A stretch of DNA of 64,000 nucleotides from Octopus sinensis. Taxonomy: Eukaryota. The stretch lies in assembly GCF_006345805.1 (NCBI RefSeq), contig NC_042997.1, forward strand, positions 143,468,001 to 143,532,000, given 5' to 3'. This document shows positions 54,619-64,000 of this stretch, piece after piece; the stretch's first letter is position 1; each line of letters starts with the position of its first letter. The position numbers were made by a program, and so were the translations under genes. The notes under the pieces were generated by a model that did no database searches, was not told where the DNA came from, and was given only the letters and a program-made list of their open reading frames with translations.

Positions 54619-54930
54619 GCGCAGGCATGGCTGAGTGGTAAGAAGCTTGTTTCTCCACCACATGGTTCCGCGTTCAGTCTCACTGCGTGGCACCTTGGGC
54701 ATGTGTCTTCTACTATAGTCTCAACTAATACCTTGTGAATGGATTTGGTAAACGGAAACTGAAAGATGCCCGTCGTATATATATATATATGTCTATGTGT
54801 GTATGTCTTCGTGTCTGTGTTTGCTCCTCCACACCGCTTGGCAATCGGTGTTGTTGTGTTTACGTCCCAGTAACTTCGCGGTCCGGCGAAAGAGACTAAC
54901 AGGATAAATACCAAAAAGGTAAAAGATGAA
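54619..54930 (+). mobile_element. SINE family A
   Basis: Head GGCGCAGGCATGGCTGAGTGGTAAGAAGCTTG. Confidence 0.85.
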
Positions 54931-55699
54931 AAATGTGCTCTAGGGTGCGTCATTTGCTTAGCTACCGAATTTCAGAACAGAGCAATAACTCACCATATCC
55001 CTCTTCGAGATCCTTACTTTTCTTTTAATTCTCTGCTGTTGAATCGTTTTAAATAAAATTAATACATTTTGTTATCACTTTCATCAAACTTTTCCTTAGA
55101 GAATATGTTCATATATTTTGTTGCTGATTAAAACAATGACACACAATTAAAGTATTACAATCCAGTCGACAGCTTGCCAGTTAGTTCTCGATTAAAGCAG
55201 AAAGTCCATTTGGATTTGTAACATGCTATGTTTGTTATTTGGCTGTCTAGACTTAAATAGTTGCTAATCGGCATATTTTGCCGGTTTTCCGCAAGTAATC
55301 ATATGAGCATACCCGTTCGTGCCGACTGGATTTGCCAGGCCAGCAAAAGTGTGGTCCGTTTTGAGCCTACATGTAGCTATAAATAAAGAATTTCTGCTGA
55401 GTATAGCCAAAGAGGAGAGAATTGTCAGCAGAGATCTTTGACGCCTTGCTTGGTGTTGTTCATCACGTACAATGTATTTTTGTTAACAGAATTATTCATG
55501 TTATACCAATTTGCTGTATCTTCTATTAGTGGAGAAATAAATGCGGCCGTCAATTTTTACCTGTGTGTTCGTATTTCTTGATGCTCTTTATCATGACTCG
55601 TTAGAAACAAGATTATAATATTACCAGGGCCGTAGCTATATCACCTTTTCACCTCGCTAAAACTTTACCATAATTCCCTCTAATTTTGGCACAAGGCTA

Positions 55700-55882
55700 A
55701 CAATTTTTAAGGGAAGAGGGAATTCGATTACATCGACGCCATTGCTCAACTGGTACTTATTTTATCGACCCCGAAAAGATGAAAGGCAAAGTCGACCTCG
55801 ACGGCATTTGAACTCAGAATGTAAAGCCGGAAGAAATGACACTAAACATGTTGTCCGGCGTGCTAACTATTCTACCAGCTCT
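55700..55882 (-). mobile_element. SINE family B
   Basis: Family body motif on the minus strand. Confidence 0.8.
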
Positions 55883-56318
55883 CCATAATGAGTCTACTAT
55901 AATGACACAGTAAGCGGCTCCACCGCTGATTTGACCCCACAAAAACTATCTTTGCCTCTGATAATCTCGAGCATTGATTTTAAAGCAAGTAAACCTTCTC
56001 ACATCGAAACTTCTCCGTTATCAAAGTGCAAATATAGCAAGCTGTACCGTATCTATTATGTTTATTTCAGCTACAGCTATTGATTAAGACAGAAATGTCG
56101 ACACTGTTTGTTTCAAAGATAAATGGACATCGTTATCGATGACTTTATATAAAGTTAGAAACTGTCCTTCGTGATAAATAAATATTCTCAAATTATCTAA
56201 CATTTCTGGAGTTAGGATTGAAGAAACATCAGCTTTACACTCGTCGTAGACATGTAATTTTGCTTTCTTTGCAATTTCCTCACACGCTTCATAGCTTGCT
56301 TCATGAAAGTATTTTCAT

Positions 56319-56700
56319 TATTTTGAAAATATATTAAGGCGGCGAGGTAGAAGAATCGTTAGCACGGTGGACAACAATGCTCAGCGGATTTTCCTCCGTC
56401 TATACGATTTGAGCTCAAATTTCACTGAGGTCGACTTTGCTTTTCAACCTTTCGGAGTCGATAAAATAAGTATCAGTTGAACACTGGGGTCGATGTCATC
56501 GACTTCAACCTTTTCCCAGGATTGCTGGCCTTGTGTCAAAATTTGAAGCTATTATTTTGAAAATATATTAAGGTGGCGAGATAGCAGAATCGTTAGCATG
56601 CTGCACAACAATGCTCAACGGCTTTACATTCTAAGTTTAAACTCTACGAGGTCGACTTTGGCTTTTATCCTTTCAGGGTCGATAAAATAAGTATCAGTAG
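56319..56700 (+). mobile_element. Tandem SINE family B copies sharing a duplicated 21-bp flank
   Basis: TATTTTGAAAATATATTAAGG precedes both heads. Confidence 0.8.
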
Positions 56701-56902
56701 GACTCACAGTCACGCATGCGTCCACTATAGAGTTTATGGTGTGTCTGTAACAGAATGCAAACACCGAAGGCTATCCGGTACTACTATAATTTTTTGACGA
56801 AAATCCCACACTTCACTAACAATCATTATGTCTCGCATTGTACGGCAATATTAAATGTAGTAAAAAAAAAACTATATTTATTAAAAGATCTATATTTAAT
56901 AT

Positions 56903-57140
56903 ACAGGGTGATTGAAAAGTAACTCCCAATTTTAAAATACTTATAGAATATTTATTAATTGTAATTTTTACCAAAAAAAAAAAATGGATATGAGAGGAAA
57001 GCTTATAGTATGAGGTTTTATTTAAAATTCGATATGGCCTTCAGATGTCGCCACCAGCTTCTTGAGTCGCCCAGGAAATGCGTCAACTGAGTTCACCAGA
57101 AACTCTTGTGAGATGGAAGAAGATACAACTTCTCGTATTC
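56903..57140 (-). mobile_element. Tc1/mariner 3' end fragment
   Basis: Minus strand SVDAFPGRLKKLVATSEGHIEF then stop; TIR-like TACAGGGTGATTG. Confidence 0.65.
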
Positions 57141-57395
57141 CACTCACAAATCCACTCACAAGGCTTTGGTCGGCCCTAGGCTATAGTAGAAGACACTTGC
57201 CCACGGTGCACGTAGTGAGAGTGAACCCGGAACCGTATAGTTGGGAAGCAAACTTCCTACTATACACACCCATACCTGGACCGGCATAGCATATAACTAT
57301 GAACCGAAGAAGTTAAATACACTAAAGTATAACAAGGACCCAAAAGTATCTTAATGAAACGACAAACAAAATTAAAAGCAAAGCAATTTCACATT

Positions 57396-57832
57396 AATGT
57401 GAGGTATACTTGCCATCTCAATATGGCTAACCACTAAGGGTGGGAGTTACTGTAGCTTGTAGCCCCAGGAGAACATCGTCTCCAGCTGGCTTTAGGCACA
57501 CTTTCTGTGCCCTTATGGTATTTGCAAAGGGCGGTCACCCTTCCCTCGTCAACCTAAGTGATACGCACGGACTGCAGTTTCTAGGTTTTGACCTGTCATC
57601 AGCGTACGACAATCACCGGTTTTCGATGAAAAGGTGTTCCAATGCAAATCCTTATATCGTTTCTCCAGTAACTTTTCGTCACTGATCTCGAAAAACTGTA
57701 TGCAAGCAATAATAAGGGCACAGAAAGTGTGCCTAAAGCCAGCTGGAGACGATGTTCTCCTGGGGCTACAAGCTACAGTTACACCCACCCTTAGTGGTTA
57801 GCCATATTGAGATGGCAAGTATACCTCACATT
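57396..57832. repeat. Near-perfect foldback, 121-bp arms with 2 mismatches, 195-nt loop
   Basis: 57396-57516 versus the reverse complement of 57712-57832. Confidence 0.97.
57558..57616 (-). ncRNA. Type I hammerhead ribozyme with intact catalytic core and palindromic helix III
   Basis: Minus strand reads GTGAT-TGT-CGTACG-CTGATGA-C-AGGT-CAAA-ACCT-A-GAAAC-TGCA-GTC-CGTGCG-T-ATCAC. Predicted cleavage is after GUC, between 57570 and 57569. Confidence 0.8.
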
Positions 57833-58069
57833 GTCGTGCAGTTACTGTTTATACCTCGTTCAGAGATTTATGTGCCTGATTCAGTAGCAATTAAATATGT
57901 TGATATAATAAATCATATGCTGATGCCATCTCTCAATCACCATGTGGAACGGGACGTAGGAAACCATTTTTATGATTATGAGCTGCAAACACGTACACAC
58001 ACACACGCGTGCGCTCACACACCCGCACAAGAGAAAGAAAGCATATCTAAGAAATATCTTTTCTGCTAT

Positions 58070-58498
58070 AGACACAAAGCCCGAAATTTTGAGAGAGGGG
58101 TCTAGTCGATTACATCAATCCCAGTACACAACTGGTACTTATTTTATCAACTTTGAAAGGATGAAAGGGAGAGTCGGCTTTAATGGAATTTGAACTCAGA
58201 ACGTATAAACGGACGAAATGCTGCTAAGCATTTTGTCCGGCGTGCTAACGATTCGGCCAACTCGCTGCCTTATATCTAAAAAATATCGGTTTCAAATTTT
58301 GGCACAAGGCCAGCAATTCAGGGCAAGGATTAGGTCGATTACATCAACCCCAGTACTCAACTGGTATTTATTTTATCAATCTCGAAAAGATGAAAGGCAA
58401 AGTCGCCTTCGGCAGAATTTGAACTCAGGACGTAAAGACGGACGAAATGCCGCTAAGCATTTTGTCCGGCGTGCTAACGATTTCGCCAGCTCACCGCT
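58070..58498 (-). mobile_element. Two tandem SINE family B copies
   Basis: Repeated GAACTCAG.ACGTA...GGACGAAATGC.GCTAAGCATTTTGTCCGGCGTGCTAACGATT. Confidence 0.85.
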
Positions 58499-60696
58499 TT
58501 ATATATATATATAAAAAATACCAAAGTTATTAAGATTGGGATATTAAAAAGAAAAAATTCCCCCAAATATTGCATTTAATGTTTCAGTGATGTTCAATGC
58601 TTTAAATAAGAAGTCATGCTTACAATAATAATTGGAAATAATTAAGAAGTTTTAGAAATTCTATAGAACTTCGAAGACCTTTCATATATTTTATTCTGTG
58701 TAAATAAATTGTATTATGAATATAAGTACAAACGATGCATTCTCAATTACCAGCATCCGATCCCCCGACGAACTTAGGCGAATAACCGATGCTTCTAAAC
58801 GCTATAGAGTTTTATTTACAACTCATTTCTACTAACGTGAAATAAAATGTTGACGTATTTGAAAGAATTATTTTCAAAGCACCGTGAAATTTCCATTCAG
58901 ATAAAATTGAATAGAAAAAGAAAGAAAAAAAGGGAAAATAAAAATAAAAATAGAAAACGAAATTGAATTCCCAAGAAATCCACTCGATGCATAGAGTCTG
59001 AAATAATTTTCTATTTTTATATCTTATTCTTCTCTTTTAGAAATACATTCAAATATTAGTTAATAACGGCGCCAATACTTTAATAATTTCATGCAATGTG
59101 AAGAAGTAAAATTAGTGATTATGAAAATTCTATACAAATGTTTCAAAAGATTTTTAAATAAATAACTCCAAATTTAATTTCTTCTTTAGAAATGTAATTC
59201 AAACATTAGCCGTTAATTTCTTAAATCATGTCATACAGAATTAGAAACTGAAGAAACAGATTGCATTGTGTATTTGATTAACGCTCTATACAAATGCTGG
59301 AGGGATTCGAGTAAAATTTCAATAAATATTCACGATATTATATACAGATTTCCTCGTTATTAATTCAGTGCTCAGGCAAACATCAATGTTAAAACGAACA
59401 AGATTTCTAAGGAAATTATTTCTGCTGTAGGTTAATGCTTCGAACGATAGTTATATATTCTATGGGGCAGCATATCCTAGAGCAAGGTCAATCATGTCCA
59501 TGATCCAGCCACGTTTCCGATTTAAATCAATTCATTTCACTTGGAGAAATGAAACATTTGTCTACAAATTTGTGGCCTTCTAACCTCAAGATAATATATT
59601 CCGCGGGGTAAGATGATGTAAACGGCAGCATAGAAAGTTTATTGATAAATTTCAACACCTACTTTCTCTGAGTTACAATTAAGTCGCTTGCACATCGATT
59701 GTTAAACAATTTTGACTTTTACCTTGTCAGAAGATATAGTTATATCCATGGAGTAATCCTCACTCGCTACATATTAAGGCGAGCTGAGTCGGTGACCTGC
59801 TTTTTGATTTCTGATTATTAATTCCATTTCATTTGCACTACCAATAAATTTAGGAAAGGTGGCTGCGAGCGCGCGCCATTGACAAAGACCAGAAAGGCGG
59901 AAATGCATCTGGTGTTCTCAGTAGACCTTTGCCAGAATGATTTTTCGTCTTCATCAGACATATATTTTGTTTTTAGTTCACCACATCTATAAATTTTATC
60001 TCGGACGAAAACCGCAGTATCTTGCCTGTCAACGGCGTCTAAATGTTAAAAAAAGTATGATACATAAATGGTTAATTTAATTGAATGCTACTCCAATTGC
60101 GTACACGGAATTTTTATTCAGTCCAACAACTTTTCGCAGTATCAGTGAATGTATTATTTACTATGCATTGGAGGTAGAAAATTTCGTCTAGGCATATGGC
60201 TAGGATAAGATACAATTGACAAGAGCCAAGAAGGCCGGAATGCATCTGGTGTTTTCGTTAGCCGCAGCCAGGAGGATCTTTCGAATCCCTCTGATATATG
60301 GCGCTTTTAAATCACCACGTCTGAGAGACTTTTTTTTTTTTATCTCGGACGAAAACCACACCATCTTGCCTGTCAACGGTGTATATATACGTTAACTATG
60401 ATACATGGATGGCTATTACAATTTTTACCTTTCTAAAGTTATTAGGGTTGACTAAAATGAAAATTCATCTATTTGGTATTACATATAATGTAACTTATAA
60501 GGCATTGTATTAGTTTTGCAATATACCACAGATCTAGGTATATTGCAAAACGTGAAATAACTTCTCAAAAATGCTAAGAGTAAAACATGTTTTATATGAC
60601 ACATTCTACCAGTGTCCGAAGTTTGAAAGTGTTTAGTTACAAAAATTTATTTTTTAAATCTGTAGGTTAAAAGGTAAAGATCCTTAATATATTCTA

Positions 60697-61098
60697 AGGA
60701 GTGGCTGTGTGGTAAGTAGCTTGCTAACCAACCACATGATTCCGGGTTCAGTCCCACTGCGTGGCATCTTGGGCAAGTGTCTTCTGCTATAGCCCCGGGC
60801 CGACCAATGCCTTGTGAGTGGATTTGGTAGACGGAAACTGAAAGAAGCCTGTCGTATATATGTATATATATATATATATAAGTGTGTGTGTCTATGTTGT
60901 CCCCCTAGCATTGCTTGACAACCGATGCTGGTGTGTTTACGTCCCTGTCACTTAGCGGTTCGGCAAAAGAGACCGATAGAATAAGTACTGGGCTTACAAA
61001 GAATAAGTCCTGGGGTCGATTTGCTCGACTAAAGGCGGTGCTCCAGCATGGCCGCAGTCAAATGACTGAAACAAGTAAAAGAGAAAAGAGTAAAAGAG
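60697..61098 (+). mobile_element. SINE family A, full-length young copy
   Basis: tRNA-like head (GTGGCTGTGTGG A box, GGTTCAGTCCC B box), internal TA/TG microsatellite, (GTAAAAGA)n tail. Confidence 0.92.
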
Positions 61099-61555
61099 TA
61101 ATGGTTCTTCTGTATGTTGGTTAACATAAAAGACACAAGAAACAAAAACAAAACAAAATAAACATAAAACACGATTTAATTATTTCGTAGAATGCGATGC
61201 AGACGAAACAGGGATTGATTGTAAGAGTTTACGAATGTTCACGAGAGTTCACGGAGCGTAACTCCTGCTTGTGGATGTGACACAATTCTCGCAGCCTTTA
61301 AACCTTTTTCATATAAACTTTTTTCCATGTTGATTTATGTTCCAAACATTGGGTTAATAATGAGTAAAATTATTCCATCAAACACTTTATTTTCAAAATT
61401 AATCGAAACAAAATCAGTTTATTTCAACAAAAATATGGTAACAAAAAGCTTAAACAAAAAGCAACCTTACAATTCTAGTTTTGGGGTAAAATTATTTAAT
61501 TTATTGAAAAGATGGAGCGCTAAGCAGTGATAAGTAAAATTGTTATGTTATTATC

Positions 61556-61942
61556 TGTCCGAATATGCATGAGGTACTTTTGAATCGGTGAACAAGCTAC
61601 TCACTACGATTGTAACGGAAAATGGTGCTTAAAGCCCCTCCCCTTCTTTAATTTATTTACGGTGAGCCGTCGCACAGCGTTGCCAGTCGCTGTATGGCAA
61701 CTGGAAAAGCATAATAGAATCACTCTCTTTAATTAGTTCGTAGCGCCGCCTACCTTATGTCCGTGATCGAAGAGGAGATAACTACTCCGAAATGCTTGAT
61801 CACACGGTCTGGGTAGGTGGCGCTGTAAGCTGATATAGGTGTATTCACATCCTTTGTCAACAAACGGGATATATTTTCCGTGACAAAACGCAGTGAGTAG
61901 CTTGTTCACCGGTTCGAACGTGTCTCAAGTATATTCGGACTG
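61556..61942. mobile_element. MITE-like element with about 65-bp imperfect TIRs
   Basis: GTCCGAATAT...GAA(T/C)CGGTGAACAAGCTACTCACT.CG...ACGGAAAAT and its reverse complement. Confidence 0.7.
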
Positions 61943-62104
61943 ATAATAGCATTGTAATTTATTGGATACAATCATTTCTTTTTAAGACTGAGCTCCAATA
62001 CAGCGGAATATATCATAATTCGGTAGAATCTGTGTTTCATAGGTGCCGCTTTGTAAATTCAATAAACTCGGGCAATATTCTGGAAAAGCAGTTTTGTATT
62101 ACCT

Positions 62105-62282
62105 TTTACTTGTTTCACTTACTAGACCGTGGCCAGTCTGGGGCACCGCCTTGAAGGGTTTAATCGAACAAATCGACCCTAGTACTTATTTTAAAGTTTG
62201 ATATATATCCTACCGATCTCTTTTGCCGAACTGTAAAGTTTCGGACACATAAACCAGCACCGGTTGTCAAGTAGTGATGGGG

Positions 62283-62318
<36 letters not shown>

Positions 62319-62575
62319 CACACACACACACATACACACACACACACACACACACATACACACACACACACTCACACACGCGCGCGCGCGCTCGTATATA
62401 TACATATACGACGGGTTTCCACACAGTTTCTGTCTACCAAAATTCACTCACAAGGCATTGGTCGATTCGGGCCTATTGTAGAAGAAACTTCCCCAAGGTG
62501 CTACGTGGTGGGATTGAGCCTGAAAGCACGTGCTTGCAAAGCAAGCTTCTTCACAACACAGTCATGTCTACGCCT
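62105..62575 (-). mobile_element. SINE family A
   Basis: Reverse complement of the family consensus with an expanded (CA)n. Confidence 0.85.
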
Positions 62576-62644
62576 ATATTAAACTAAGCATTTTATTTAA
62601 AAAAAAAACCCCAACAAACATGTATTTCAGGTAAGTTCTTTTCT

Positions 62645-63033
62645 GCTCTAGGCATAAGGCCAGAAATTTTGGGGGAGGGGGCCAGTAGATTAGGTCGACC
62701 CTAGTACACAGCTGGTACTTAGTTTATCGACCCCGAAAGGATGAAAGGCAAAGTCCACCTCGACGGAATTTGAACTCAGAACGTAACGGCAGACGAAATA
62801 CCTATTTCTTTACTACCCACAAGGGGCTAAACACAGAGAGGACAAACAAGGACAGACAAACGGATTAAGTCGATTACATCGACCTCAGTGCGTAACTGGT
62901 AGTTAGTCTATCGACCCCGAAAGGATGAAAGGCAAAGTTGACCTCGGCGGAATTTGAACTCAGAACGTAACGGCAGACGAAATACGGCTATGCATTTCGC
63001 CCGGCGTGCTAACGTATCTGCCAGCTCGTCGCC
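62645..63033 (-). mobile_element. SINE family B long variant with internal duplication
   Basis: Same architecture as 28180-28575. Confidence 0.88.
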
Positions 63034-63900
63034 TCATTTCAGATAAGTTCTAATACTCTGTTCTTTAATATACTTTCTAGAATATGCATAAGACTTGAAA
63101 TTTCTGGAGGAGGGGATAAGTCGATTGCATCGGCCCCACTGCATGAGTGTTACTTATTTTATCGACCACGAAAAAATGAAAGGCATGGGATTTGAACTCA
63201 GAACGCAAAACCGGTAGAAATACTGATAAGTATTTTGTCCGGCGTACTAGCTTGCAGAGTCGTTAGTACGTACGCCTGACAAAATTAAGTTTCGTGTTCA
63301 AAATCCGCCGAAGTCGACTTTGCCTTTCATCTTTTCGTAGACGATAAAAATGAGTACCATTTGAGTATTGGGGTCGATTAATCAGCTAGCCCTGTCTCCC
63401 CAAATTTCAGGCCGTATGCCTATTGTGGACAAGGGTTTATTCTTTAATATAAATGTATCAAATTGTGGCTTTGTTTGTTTGTACACTAGGTACTTTTAAC
63501 ACTGTTCTTAACAGAAAGGGGATGATGAACTGTTAAAACACATATCCATTCACACAAAATAAAACACACACATACACGCACACACACAGATGTACCATAC
63601 ACCCAAACAAATACCTTCACGCGAACAAATACGTGTACACACAGATACAAGCAGAAAACACACACACAAACCCACATACACTCACACACACACGCACGCA
63701 AAGACTCACAGACATACAAATACGCATACACACAAATACACAGAGAGAAAGAGAGACAGAGAGAGTGAAGACAAAAGCGAGAGAGAAAGAGAGAGTGAAA
63801 GAGGGGACAAGAGCGAGAGAGAGAGAGAGAACGAGGGCGAGGGCGAGAAAGAGAGAGAAGATGAGAGAGAGTGAGAAAGGGGGACAAGAGCGAGAGAGAA

Positions 63901-63936
<36 letters not shown>

Positions 63937-64000
63937 GGGGAATAAGAACGAGAAAAAGAGAGAACTAGAGAGAAAAAGAGAGAGAAAGAGAGAGATGAGA

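Noticed and set aside
59935-59965. Minus-strand CTGATGA-AGAC-GAAA (helix-II-less hammerhead)
   Set aside because: No helix III, NUH triplet or helix I partner downstream.
60697-60770. SINE heads as tRNA genes (also 20660-20735 and 31545-31615)
   Set aside because: A and B boxes are present but there is no complete cloverleaf, and they continue into SINE bodies.

Overview
AT-rich, microsatellite-laden eukaryotic DNA that is intronic or intergenic. Its SINE families and repeat load resemble an octopus (coleoid cephalopod) genome; this is an inference from memory, not a database result. No host protein-coding exon could be identified with confidence, and most ORFs in the track are translated microsatellites. 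Supported features: a tRNA-Thr(AGT) gene (29580-29653) with a decayed twin 400 bp upstream; three tRNA-headed SINE families in many copies; a decayed Gypsy LTR element; several R4/Dong-like (RLE endonuclease) LINE fragments tied to (ATAC)n arrays; RTE LINE tails; Penelope-like (GIY-YIG) remnants; Tc1/mariner elements and MITEs. The most striking unexplained structure is a recurring pairing of long foldback inverted repeats (arms of about 45-260 bp) with minimal type I hammerhead ribozyme motifs that carry a palindromic helix III. The best case is an intact-core hammerhead at 57558-57616 (minus strand) in the loop of a 121-bp near-perfect hairpin. A hammerhead-like motif pair is also retained in the 3' UTR of the R4-like LINE copies.
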